This document shows, piece after piece, positions 1-12,237 of a DNA stretch of 23,139 nt. The notes under the pieces are model-generated. The model was not told the origin of the DNA and did not search any database. It saw only the letters and a program-made list of their open reading frames with translations. Each line of letters opens with the position of its first letter. The stretch's first letter is position 1. Position numbers and translations under genes: made by a program. Source of the stretch: Tubiluchus corallicola (taxonomy: Eukaryota; Animalia; Priapulida); assembly GCA_030141605.1 (NCBI GenBank), contig JAQGDQ010001865.1, positions 1-23,139 on the forward strand, read 5' to 3'.

Positions 1-247
1 GAAAGTTCCATGATTTTTTCATCTATCATAGTGACCTAGACTCTAGAGCAAATTTCTTGACTGACGAGTCTGTTAAAAATTTGCCAGTGAGCAGGAACTC
101 GGTCTCGTCCTTACTTTGACAACAAATACCCTTATCAATCATTATTGTAGTGACATTCTGTACAACATCTTAAGCAACTGCTCTTATGATTACTGTGCTC
201 CTTACCTGTCAGTGAAAAATAGGCCTATTGAATTTCTGTGCTCTCAC

Positions 248-330
248 CTGAGAAGTAGTTTTTACAAATCCAACCACACCAAATTTAGTTGCACAATACG
301 CTTCGAGGAACAGAGGACAAGTTTGCAGAC
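248..330 (-). CDS. HPGD: HPGD-like short-chain dehydrogenase/reductase, coding exon 4 (gene continues beyond the left edge of the window)
   Basis: Acceptor ataattttAG (332-331), phase 1. Encodes (G)LQTCPLFLEAYCATKFGVVGFVKTTSQ, containing the SDR catalytic YxxxK motif (YCATK). Donor GTGAGA at 247. Phase matches the preceding exon. Confidence 0.9.
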
Positions 331-902
331 CTAAAATTATGCGATTATATTTAACATATTTTATAGGGTAATTACAATTACAATTCACACAATACACACA
401 CAGTTTACAAGGATATAAATACGTACATATATAACGCTACAAAAACGTATACTACATATACTTATGTACAAATTATAAACAGTATAAACAATGTCTAAAC
501 AGTATAAACAGTGTCTTTTTATAGTGTTATTTCGGTTTGATGTTCTCATTGTAAGCTTATTTCAGTTTTACATACATTATCATTTTTTGCTGAGTTGATT
601 CCTTCAGTTTATGTTTTCAGTGTTTATTTCAGTTTTAAGTTTTGCTTTTGGTTTTTATGTATGCTTATTTTTATATTCGTTATTATTCATGTTGCGCTAT
701 ATGCTCATCCACTTCTGATAGCTTTTGTTTTGCTTCTCAATCTGTTTCGCTTATGTATTGTTTTCTTATTTTTACGTATTGTTTTGCCGCTTAAAACTAG
801 CTTCATTCATTTTTTCATTATTATAAATGTTTTCAGTTTGACAAGATTTTCTTTGTTTTATCCCAGCTTAAATCGCTAGATTTTCTTCTACTAACTTTAA
901 CT

Positions 903-1040
903 AAAAGGGTGGCTGGTTTGCTAATATTTAGGATTTTTCGCCAACCTTGGTCCAACTACTTATAACTTATTTTGCTATGTACTTGATATCTTCGTGTATT
1001 ACAAGAGATAAATAAATTCATCTGAATCTGTATCTGCATC
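903..1040 (+). mobile_element. LINE-type (CR1/L2-like) 3' terminus remnant
   Basis: Imperfect hairpin AAGGGTGGC(905-913)...GCCAACCTT(940-948), then AATAAA (1011-1016) and a short ATCTGA-like tandem tail (1020-1040), preceded by a long T-rich tract. Shares AGGGTGGCTG with the minus-strand element at 8561-8727. Family is inferred. Confidence 0.45.
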
Positions 1041-1516
1041 GATGACTTTGGAAGACGGAAAGAAACTGTGAACTCTGAAGCAGTATTTTGATAATTGCAG
1101 TCTATGTGTTGTGTTTTGTTTCTCTAGGAAGGCGCGTAGAGAAAACCAGAAAACACTTCATCAAATTAAACTAGTTTATTAAGCGAGAATTCTACAACAC
1201 AAAAGTATGAAGGAACGCGAAATGATTACAGTAAACGTGAAAATCTGGAAAACGTTTAAGTGTATCTGAAAATGCAAGTATACAAGAGAATGTGTAAGTG
1301 GCGTCCGCGTGAATCAGCGTGCCTCGCTCAGCGGCCTGCTTCGCCTTACATAACGTGCCCGAGAAGTTTCTAGAAGTTTTGTTCCAGAACATTCTACACG
1401 GTAAGACGATTATTCTAATGGAACATTCTACAGTGTTTTATTTAATTCTAATAGATGCCAGCGATCTCCACAACACTATGGCTAAGTGTTTACGTTGTAA
1501 TAACTTGTAATCATAC

Positions 1517-1601
1517 CTGCAGCTGATGCTGTGTGAACAATCACGCCTTCTTGGTCTTTCATGTACTCGTAAGCAAGGTAGGTTCCTGATATTACTGACA
1601 C
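1517..1601 (-). CDS. HPGD: HPGD-like SDR, coding exon 3
   Basis: Acceptor attatgcAG, phase 0. Encodes VSVISGTYLAYEYMKDQEGVIVHTASAA(G), closely resembling vertebrate HPGD VSVISGTYLGLDYM...GIIINMSSLAG. Donor GTATGA at 1516, phase 1. Not shown in this frame in the ORF track. Confidence 0.92.
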
Positions 1602-1838
1602 CTGCATAATGATAAAACGGTTTAATGAACTTATATATTATTGCATATAAATTAAAGTGCACATAAACTTTAAAATGAAAAACGTTTCGAACAAAAATTA
1701 TTAAAATTAGCTATTTTAAAATTGTTCAATTTTATTTGACCATAATTCTTATGTGAGTAATTAAATTACAATTCATTACTGTACATATATCCAATTAAAA
1801 TATAGTAAATAGTTTTCTTAAATCTCATTGTTCCGGAA

Positions 1839-1958
1839 AACTACGGCCATATCACGTTGAAAACACCGGTTCTCGTCTGATCACCGAAGTTAAGCAACGT
1901 AGAGCCTGGTTAGTACTTGGGTGGGTGACCACTTAGGAATACCAGCTGCTGCAGGCTT
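1839..1958 (+). rRNA. 5S rRNA-derived sequence, full length (120 nt); head of the SINE, probably not a functional 5S gene
   Basis: CTACGGCCATATCACGTTGAAAACACCGGTTCTCGTCTGATCACCGAAGTTAAGCAACGT...GGTTAGTACTTGGGTGGGTGACC...GGAATACCAG..GCTGCAGGCTT matches the invertebrate 5S pattern. Box A, IE and box C are recognisable, with several substitutions. Confidence 0.88.
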
Positions 1959-2390
1959 ACGGGATGCCCACACTGTATCTCGATACTAGGCGGAGGAGCT
2001 GCACAAGCAGCCAACGGCTAGAGGGCGGAGGAGGTCAAGTGACCCAACGGCCATGTGTAGAGGAGTAAAGCTTCCAAATCAGGAGGGGAGCCCAAAGGCG
2101 GACCAGTGCAGCATGCTCGACTCCGGCAGCTCCTGCAGCCAACCTGGCGCCAAACGTATCGCTCCGCTTTCCTTTGGACTACACCAGGGAGGAAGAGAGG
2201 GGGTTCCTGTTGTCTGGGCAACTCAGGTTCTCCGTACACCTTGACCAGGCGTGCGCCCTGGAGATGTTCAAGGATCGGATTGCTCAGCCACAGTCGACGC
2301 TACAGCCCTATCAATGTGATCAATAACTGACTCTCTTGGCGCACACTCCATTGTCTTCCGAGACAGAAGGATGCCAACAACAACAACAAA
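1839..2390 (+). mobile_element. 5S rRNA-derived SINE (SINE3 class) with RTE-like 3' end
   Basis: 120-nt 5S head with no oligo-T terminator, a ~400-nt GC-rich body with no TTTT, a 3' stem-loop TGTCT-TCCG-AGACA (2352-2365), then GGATGC and a (CAA)n tail. Flanked by GTTCCGGAA (1830-1838) and GTTCCAGAA (2391-2399), an 8/9 match. Lies antisense in an HPGD-like intron. Confidence 0.82.
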
Positions 2391-3341
2391 GTTCCAGAAG
2401 CAATTATTCTAGTTGAGCATCTTAAATTTTCATTTAACTCAGTTTGATAGGTGCTTAAAGCATTTGACTCACAGGTTCTACATTGCTAAATAGCTGTGCT
2501 TTCTTGGCATTTTTTTGTTCAATGTTTGTCCATTTAGCTAGTACCTTTCCCAGGGCAGGTGCTAGGAAGCGTGGGGCCCAACTAGAAAATTGTTATTGAG
2601 GCCCTCTACCCTTCAGAAGCTGAAGACTTTATGTTTTGTGTCACATGTAGTATGTCAGTTTTTGCCAAAAAGTGTTGAGAGCTTGAGATTCAAGCATTAG
2701 CCACAATGATGTATTTAAAATTGAAAAGCTATATGAAAGTTTTAATGTTTTATTACAAGTAAAGATAATTACTGGCATACTGTTTGTGCATACATCTTCT
2801 AAAAACATTATTTTTCAGACATTTTTATCCGAGAATTTTTTTAAAATCATATCAAACACAACGGTTTTTGTAATGTCATTTTCTATTAATAGCATCGCCA
2901 AATTATTTAGTTGCTCTTGTGAAATTGTTGACCGGTCTCTCTTGTGAATTGTTGACCTCGGGATTGTCTCGGCGAGTTACTCTCGGGACTTCTTGCAGGA
3001 GATCAAGAAGTGAGTGTTAGCTCCGCGCTAACTGTTGGAGAGTAACTTGTTTTGCTCTCCAGTCTGATCACGCTTGCAAGTTACTTACAGATTTGCTTGG
3101 CGAGAAAAGTCGCTAGTGTGAACTTGCTGTTACATTCAGTTAGTTTGTTTTCTTATTCAGTTGAATCAAGTTTGTTGCATATTAACTGCCACAGAGTCGC
3201 CATTATTTTAGTTAACAGCGACTAGGTTACAAACAAATGTGTAGGCCCATATGATCAGTTTGAGGAATACGACCAGTGGTCATTTACTCATGAGAGTCAT
3301 TTGGATGAACACGCTTCATATTTTCAACATTTTCTTTCATT

Positions 3342-3987
3342 TATAGGTTTTACACGTCAAATGTAGACGCAGGAAAGTTCAAATGTGACCTTAGGTAAGT
3401 CAAATGTAGACATAGGAATTTCGAATGTGTTTTGGTAACTCAAATGTGACTTAGGTAAGTCAAATGTAGACATAGAATTCTGCATTTTATTTGTCAACGT
3501 TTTACAAAAATGTCGGCAAAAAAGAATAAATCGGTTCCCACTTCCCAATGAACAGTGAATCACTAATTAGTTTTTTAAGTAATGCATTAGCACTGCATTA
3601 ATGGATTAGTTTCTCTCGAGAAACATTGTATATTTTAAGAATGTATTGTTTTCTCTAACAGTTCCAATGGTACGTAAAGTTTGCAGAATATTAGTGAACC
3701 TATAACGTTGTTATTTTAACTTAAGAGCAATTATTAAATTGAAATTAAAGAAGATTAAATTTAACATCCTTAAACTTTACCACCTATCCACATTTGAGAT
3801 ACCAATGTCACATTTGACTTGACATGTGTCTACATTTGACTTACCAAAAACGCTTATGATTTCTTGAAAACCATTGTTAACACATTTGAACTACCTAAGT
3901 CTACATTTGAGTTACCAAGACACATTTGAATTACCTAAATCTACATTTGAGTTAACGCAGGTCTACATTTGACATGTAAAACCTATA
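3342..3987. mobile_element. Non-autonomous DNA transposon (MITE) with TIRs and subterminal repeat arrays
   Basis: TATAGGTTTTACACGTCAAATGTAGAC (3342-3368) is a 26/27 inverted match to 3961-3987; the outer TA or TATA may be the TSD. CAAATGT motifs repeat at the left end and inverted ACATTTG motifs at the right end. Confidence 0.85.
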
Positions 3988-4073
3988 GTAACCATTCGAG
4001 AACACAATATCAATTTCAACTCAATTTCAATTTACTAACTTTCAATTTCTATTCTTATGCAATAAAAACTCAC

Positions 4074-4307
4074 TAGGTTAATATCCACCATGAGTTTGTA
4101 ATTGATTTCGTCCACAACTCCCGCTGTACATGATACGATGTCCAGCCTACCAAATTCTTCAAGCGTTTTTTGAAAAGCTGCCCTGAGTTCAGAATCGTTG
4201 GTGACATCGGTTTTGATGAAGATGGCTTTTCCTGCGCCGAATCTCGTGCATAACTGAAAAGCTGTTTCCTCTCCAAGTTCAAGCTTAATGTCAACTATAG
4301 AGACGCC
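4074..4307 (-). CDS. HPGD: HPGD-like SDR, coding exon 2
   Basis: Acceptor ttttacacAG; 234 nt, phase 0-0. Encodes GVSIVDIKLELGEE...FIKTDVTNDSELRAAFQKTLEEFGRLDIVSCTAGVVDEINYKLMVDINL, with SDR motifs DVT and GRLDIV..AG. Donor GTGAGT at 4073. Confidence 0.93.
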
Positions 4308-4775
4308 CTGTGTAAAATACATGAGTCTGGTCTTAATTTTATAACTATTTTGAAGGTTGTTTTTAAGATAAAGGGGAAGAAAATGCAAGTACGCCCCAAA
4401 AAACTTTCCACACACAATTGTATCACGAAGTATTTACCAGCTTGAAGGAATTATGTTACTAGAAAAATTCTTAATAATTGAAAATGGCCATTGAAAACTC
4501 GCAAAATGTCATTGACTCGCCTGCCCAGTATGCACCTCTGACTCACGAAAAACCTTATTGACAAGATACAGTAAATCAAATTTTTACGTAGTTAGTGAAG
4601 TGATTTTTATGATCAATCATCCATTTCCTAACTAGGTGCCCATTTTTACTTAACTTTGGTCAGTAAGTATTCAGTATCGTGACCACACAGCCATGAAATC
4701 CTCCCTGCTCAAGCTGATTCTTCTAATTAAGTTTCTCATTGACCTGTCTAAACATGTAACCGACGCCACTGCATT

Positions 4776-5255
4776 TTCTCATAACAATGCTTAGATTCTC
4801 ATAACAATCCATAGATTCTCATAACAATGCTTAGATTCTCTTAACAATGCTTAGATTCTCATAACAATGCTTAGATTCTCATAACAATGCTTAGATTCTC
4901 ATAACAATCCATAGATTCTCATAACAGCGCTTAGATTCTCTTAACAATGCTTAGATTCTCTCATAACAATGCTTAGATTCTCACAACAATCCATAGATTC
5001 TCATAACAATGCTTAGATTCTCATAACAATCCATAGATTCTCATAACAATGCTTAGATTCTCATAACAATGCTTAGATTCTCTCATAACAATCCATAGAT
5101 TCTCATAACAATCCATAGATTCTCATAACAATGCTTAGATTCTCATAACAATGCTTAGATTCTCTCATAACAATGCTTAGATTCTCATAACAATCCATAG
5201 ATTCTCATAACAATGCTTAGATTCTCTTAACAATGCTTAGATTCTCATAACAATG
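4776..5255. repeat. 20-bp minisatellite, ~24 copies
   Basis: Unit TTCTCATAACAATGCTTAGA, interspersed with variant TTCTCATAACAATCCATAGA and occasional +TC units. No unique spacers. Confidence 0.95.
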
Positions 5256-5927
5256 GCGTTAATCACATCCTGGTCATCAGCTTGGAACATGGACCGTGAG
5301 CCAAAACCTTAGTGCGCCCACGAGCATACTTCATTAGTGAATTCTAGTCTGCCTGTATATATGCTTCATACGCATCTTACCCATGTTGTTACATTTATAA
5401 TAAAAGGTCTCTCTATAACCATGCTGACTAGTTTTGGGTTGGTGTTTATCATTGTTACATTGCTGCCGGCCTACGGAAGAACTGCAAGAGGTTATGACCG
5501 CTGCAGTGCCAAGGCTGTGCCTGATTTTTCAAGTCGTGCAACGTCAAATCAAGTTCATTAGAGTTATTTAAAACTGCGTGTCCAGGAAGTATCACTCAAG
5601 CCATGTTTAAGCCTAGTCTGGACTGCAAGCGTATTTCTCAAGCCCAGCCTGGACTTAAACAGAGTACGACAGAAGAACTCTCAACTGGGCTGAACACTTT
5701 CTGCATATTGTGATATTTTCGTTACTTTCAACTACCTTTTGTTGTGTTGTTTAGGTCTGATTAGTTTTGGGTTGATCTTCTTCGTCGTTAAAAACATTTA
5801 TAAAGTAATTTGCTTTTTCTACGTTTATATAAAATTATATAAACAGCGTGTGTATTGCCATTTCTTTCTTTATTATTTTTAAATTTAAAGCACATTATGC
5901 ACGCACACATATCATCTAATAATAAAT

Positions 5928-7020
<1,093 letters not shown>

Positions 7021-7075
7021 TTTATTAAAACGAACACATTACAGTTAAAAAACTGAATTATTGTGTTTATACAAA
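7021..7075 (-). mobile_element. LINE-type 3' terminus whose tail is the adjacent (CTTA)n array
   Basis: Stem-loop (plus-strand arms AACAC 7033-7037/GTGTT 7063-7067 and CAGTT 7042-7046/AACTG 7051-7055), then AATAAA on the minus strand (7026-7021) running directly into (CTTA)n. Confidence 0.5.
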
Positions 7076-7281
7076 TAGTAAAAAATCGTTAAAATTAAAA
7101 GGCTAAAATAATTTGCTAAACAATAATAATGCCGCATATGCAAAAATTAATTTAAAATTACAAACCAAAACTATGTATGCTATGTAAGACGTAAGAAGTC
7201 TAGTATTAAGTAAATCTGGTAACTGAAATTCGATCAATAACTTTCTTATGGTTGTTTACCTCTTTGTTATAACACACCCAC

Positions 7282-7374
7282 CTTAGCTCCTTTCTCTAGT
7301 AATGCTTCGCAATACCCTCTGCCAATGCCACCCGCGCTTCCGGTGATTAGAGCCACCTTTCCAGCTATCTTCAT
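7282..7374 (-). CDS. HPGD: HPGD-like SDR (15-hydroxyprostaglandin dehydrogenase [NAD+]-like), coding exon 1
   Basis: ATG at 7374 gives [31 protein letters not shown], with the Rossmann TGxxxGIG motif. 93 nt, donor GTGGGT at 7281, phase 0 joining exon 2. Too short for the ORF track. Orthologue versus paralogue status is undetermined. Confidence 0.93.
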
Positions 7375-7762
7375 GTTTATTTCCTGTTTCTTTGCCAAGA
7401 AAACTCAGCTGTGGAATTCAGTTAAGTAGTTCCGGTATACTGGTCTAGGTGCGTATTGTAGTAGCTCTTCATGTGCGCATGCTCAGATTTTATGTAAACA
7501 GAATACGTAAAGATCTTAGGACTTTAGTTTGTAACCTTTGGTCTTATACTTATAACTTTCGTACTTATATTGCAGAGCATTATCAGCCGAATCATTGGAT
7601 ATACCGCCAACTGATAGTTAACAAACTTAGTGTTGCACCAGAACTTACATCTTTGTCAATGATAGTCTAGCTGTAAGAGGAGGGCCTGAATAGGCGAGGT
7701 GACATAGAAACTTTTGGATGGATATGTATATTCTCTCTCATGGAGAGAAATAGCGAAGAAAT

Positions 7763-7895
7763 GACTGACAGGTTAACTGACTGACTGAGAGACTGAATGA
7801 CTGACTAACTGATTGACTGACTGACTGACAGAGAGATTTTGAATGACTGACTGACTGATTAACTGACTGACTGACTGAGAGGTTGTATGACTGAC
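7763..7895. repeat. Degenerate (GACT)n microsatellite
   Basis: Interrupted GACT runs; a second, more decayed tract lies at ~8097-8200. Confidence 0.85.
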
Positions 7896-8560
7896 TCTGT
7901 GATTTATGGTTTTACTCCCAACAGTGTCTCATTAATAATCCGCACATTAAAAAATCAATACTCAATTTTGATACTCATCAAAACTCAAAATCAATACAAA
8001 ATCAATTTTTTTCTTTATGGTGCTTTTTAATGATTTTGTCAATTTTTGTCATTAAGAATTATCTCCTTATTATAGTCTGCAAAATTCTGTATATTATGAC
8101 TAACTGGCTAACCAACTGGGCATTTGACTCACTGATGGTGTGGCTAATCGACTGACTAATTGAGTGATTAACTGACTGACTGAGTGATTGACTTACTTAG
8201 TGGAAGATAAACTGGGAAGTACTTGTTATACAGCTAAACAGTTTTTGAATGATCATTTCTTGAACATCAACGTATTTTAACTCAGGCGCGTATTCTTATG
8301 AAACTATATAAATTTCATCATCGGTTTTTCTGGAAACATCTAATTAATCACAATTGTCTAATTGCTGCGTGAAATGATTTATCATAATAGTTGCTATTAT
8401 GATGCGCATTAAACGGACATTTTGCTTAACAAACTTGCCCCCTTTGACTTTAAATAAACTTGTCGCTAGAAGCAGAGGGGGCAACAGCCACCCTTCAATT
8501 TTCCAAAGAGGGCAGTGCGAGAGCATAACTTTGCCTTTTTGATGGAAAGTTCTAGGTACG

Positions 8561-8727
8561 TAATGTAAGTATGTAAGTAAGTTTATTAGTTTATCACCAT
8601 TGTTAGCAAAATACATAACTAACAGATTTATAAATCTATACAACATACAATATTTCAAAGTACAAAGTAATTAGTGGTGAAAGGGTGCGGAAAGAACTAT
8701 AAGTTATCGAGGTCAGCCACCCTCTCA
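8561..8727 (-). mobile_element. LINE-type (CR1/L2-like) 3' terminus remnant
   Basis: Minus strand reads AGGGTGGCTG...CACCCT hairpin (8723-8682), then an AT-rich stretch, AATAAA (8587-8582) and a CTTA/CATA tail (8581-8561). Confidence 0.5.
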
Positions 8728-9328
8728 GGATTGTTACTAATATAATTAATTAGTTAATGCGCATGTACCAGGTAATTAAAAATTATCAGATTTTGCATTT
8801 ATGACGAATGAAAATTGAACGTTATACGAATGTGTTTATAATAAAATAATGTTCAATAATGGGAAAGAAGAAACACACGTGACTATCTTTGAATAATAAT
8901 TTAACCATTACGTATTTAAAATTAATGTTATGAGGACCTAGAGCCAAAAGAAGAAGAAAAAAAATTAATTTTCTGCTTGTAGCTAGCAAACGTGGATAAA
9001 CATGTATGTTTTGTTATGAACAAAAAGAGTTTAAAAGAGTTTAAAATTTTTTAGGATTAGCATTCATTATTGCATAATATTATTGCAACATCGTAATGAG
9101 TTGATGAATAAAATTAGTACGTGTGTAAAAATGTACGCCGGGGGGCGGGCGCTACCATGGTTGGCGCCCAGAAAACTTTTGAACTGCTAGAACGCCGGAG
9201 AAGCATTTTCGAAGAGAAAATTTGGAGTTATACAGTTGTTAAAGGAAAGAACAATTGAAAGAAAAACTGCTTTATTCTCAAGACCAGTCCTTAATACTTG
9301 TCAATACTGGCAAACGGCGCGCGTGGGG

Positions 9329-9330
<2 letters not shown>

Positions 9331-9368
<38 letters not shown>
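9331..9368. repeat. (AG)n dinucleotide microsatellite
   Basis: Perfect AG run. Confidence 0.95.
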
Positions 9369-9374
<6 letters not shown>

Positions 9375-10317
9375 AGAGAAGAGGCAGTATGTTCGCATAA
9401 AGCAAAAAAATGTTACCTTGGCGCGAAACCCCCCTGGAGGGTGAGGCCCCGGGGAAGTATCAACACTTCCCCCCTTGAAATAGGCCCTGCCCTTATATAT
9501 ATGTCAAATCGTCATTATACATGGCCACAGAAATATGGGTAAACAAAATGTGCCCTTTTCATAAATGCTGCCCCCCCCCTCATTTATAATGTTTTTATTT
9601 GTCCACAAAATAGCTGTAAATTATACGCAACAGTCACAAGGTGGTTTTACGATTGTTTTTGTTTTCTTAAACCTTCTACATTGTAAAACTGTTCTTAAGA
9701 AATATGTTTATGCGATAACATTCTTCAAAATTATTATTCTTGTAAATTTGCAAACCCCATAACATACATTTTTGAGAAAACTCATATATAGGGGGAGAGC
9801 GGTATTTTTCAATATTTTATTAAGCCTTGGAATAACGCATAAATTTGTGAATTTTAGTATGCAACTACTAGAAGTATGTAGGGCAGATATAAATTAGTCT
9901 AAGAGGCCACCGGTAGGGGGCACGACGATTCTTGTGATGGCGACGCCTGTAGACAACATCTTATCGACTTAATGTAATTTAAGATTTTACGGTTAACATG
10001 TAATATTAGCTTTTTATAGTTTCATAAGAAAAATTGCATTTTGTAAATAACTTATACGCAATTTTACACTCATAGAACAAGAGGAAGTCACTGGAGTGAT
10101 CTGAAGTTTTACATCCGCCCACAAAGATGGCGCTCGACCTCATCCTGGATACCTTCACGTATGGCGGCGTTGTAAATATGTTAAGCCGTTTCACATCGTA
10201 ATATTTTATATTAACTTATGAGAATTACTGCGGATAAACAGTCAATAAGAAGCTGTTTCTTCGAAGGCGAAGTGGAAAACTCAAAATTATGAGTTTTTTG
10301 AAGCAAGGAGATTCGTG

Positions 10318-10325
10318 TATAAATA
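10318..10325 (+). promoter_or_regulatory. Candidate TATA box of the EGF-domain gene
   Basis: TATAAATA lies ~33 nt upstream of an initiator-like TCA (10351), which begins a purine-rich segment ending in a consensus donor AAG|GTAAGT (10440/10441). Confidence 0.55.
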
Positions 10326-10350
10326 CCGGTAAGAGGATGGGGAGACCAAA

Positions 10351-10440
10351 TCACAAGCAACAAAGCAAAGGAGCAACAGAGAAAGAAGAAAACACAAGAG
10401 GAAGAGAATTTAGAGAAATCGCAAGAAATCTTATGTTAAG
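10351..10440 (+). other. Probable first (mostly 5' UTR) exon of the EGF-domain gene
   Basis: Lies between the TATA box and a perfect donor. The downstream ATG exon starts just after an acceptor tttcAG (11909), which implies an upstream exon. The start coordinate is approximate. Confidence 0.55.
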
Positions 10441-11079
10441 GTAAGTGAATTATACGTAGATACTAAGATCTTTAAATATGCCTGCGTGGAAGAACTTGTA
10501 TTTAGAAATGAACATATTTATTAAGCGCAGACCATCGTTTCGACTTTGCAAAAATCTTAGCAAAATTATTAAAAAACTATTAAAAAATTGTGTTGTGAAC
10601 TTTTACGAATCTCATATATAAGTTAATATTTGAAGATTTTTTTACATTTCTTTTGAATTTTTTTCTAGTTATGTGCACGTTTATTCAGACAATCCTATTC
10701 TTTGATCTTGTAATGATGTAGACCTATTGTGTGCCTTAGTATCGCAGTATCAAATGTAATAATTGATCCTTTTTGGCTTGATTTATATGACTGTTAAGTC
10801 GAGATGATCGTAAGCCTTTACTAAGACCTCTATTTTAAATTAGAGATTAGATTATTGAAGGAAATGAACCATATTAAGAACAAGAATAAATAACCTGCAA
10901 TATTGTTTACTGCTATACTGATTAAAGCAGCATCAAGTAACATCATTTCATTAAAAATTTACTGTACATATAGTGTAAAATTTTACTGTAAAAATTTTTT
11001 GTACATACACATTTCATTTAAAAAGTCTGTCAAATTTTGAAGAAATAAGACTGGGATAGAAATTAATAATAATACGAAA

Positions 11080-11748
<669 letters not shown>

Positions 11749-11917
11749 CTACAAGTCTGGAAATAATATAACAAAAATGAAAGCTAATTAAGAAATAAAA
11801 ATGCCTCTTTCATATTATGCTAACTGTTGTTTGTAAAAAATGCACAGTAGGCCTATTATTAATTCAGAGTAAGCTTATAATTTTTTATCATGCATTAATT
11901 ACGTTTCAGAAGTCAGA

Positions 11918-12110
11918 ATGTTGAGAGAAACTGCAGCATTTTTCATCTTGTCTATAATCACAACTGCTTCAGCAGCAGCTCTTAATGGTGACCCCTGTGT
12001 ACCAAACCCGTGTGTTGGAGGAGTATGTGAGAGCTTGAAAGGGGGACAATACACTTGCAACTGCATGGAAGGATATTGGGGAAGCGATTGCCAATATCAA
12101 AAAACTGATG
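11918..12110 (+). CDS. Secreted two-EGF-domain protein, coding exon 1 (signal peptide + EGF1)
   Basis: MLRETAAFFILSIITTASAAA is a hydrophobic leader. CVPNPCVGGVCESLKGGQYTCNCMEGYWGSDC has six-Cys EGF spacing with CxCxxGYxGxxC. Donor G|GTAAGC at 12111, phase 1. Confidence 0.92.
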
Positions 12111-12237
12111 GTAAGCTTACATATTATATTAAACCAGCAGTATATAAGTCTTAACGAAATCAGTGAGTGAGAACACAGGGCGTTATATTTTGTTATATTT
12201 TGAACATTGTAATAACATTGTAATACATTTATTACAA

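Noticed and set aside
595-879. Hydrophobic 94-aa ORF resembling a membrane protein
   Set aside because: Artefact of a T-rich tract; non-ATG start; antisense within an HPGD-like intron.
1839-1958. Functional 5S rRNA gene
   Set aside because: No oligo-T terminator, altered 5' dinucleotide and internal substitutions, not in a tandem array, and embedded in a TSD-flanked element with a retro-type tail.
2018-2330. Short ORFs in the GC-rich SINE body
   Set aside because: No recognisable motifs or splice context; such ORFs are expected by chance in GC-rich sequence.
4776-5255. CRISPR-like array (also considered for 21093-21470 and 22261-22535)
   Set aside because: Units are head-to-tail with no unique spacers, there are no cas genes, and the context is eukaryotic.
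9130-9490. Complete hAT-like element ending in GGCCCTG (similar lone end at ~2551)
   Set aside because: Only one terminus-like sequence was found in each case, with no matching TIR or TSD; probably decayed fragments.
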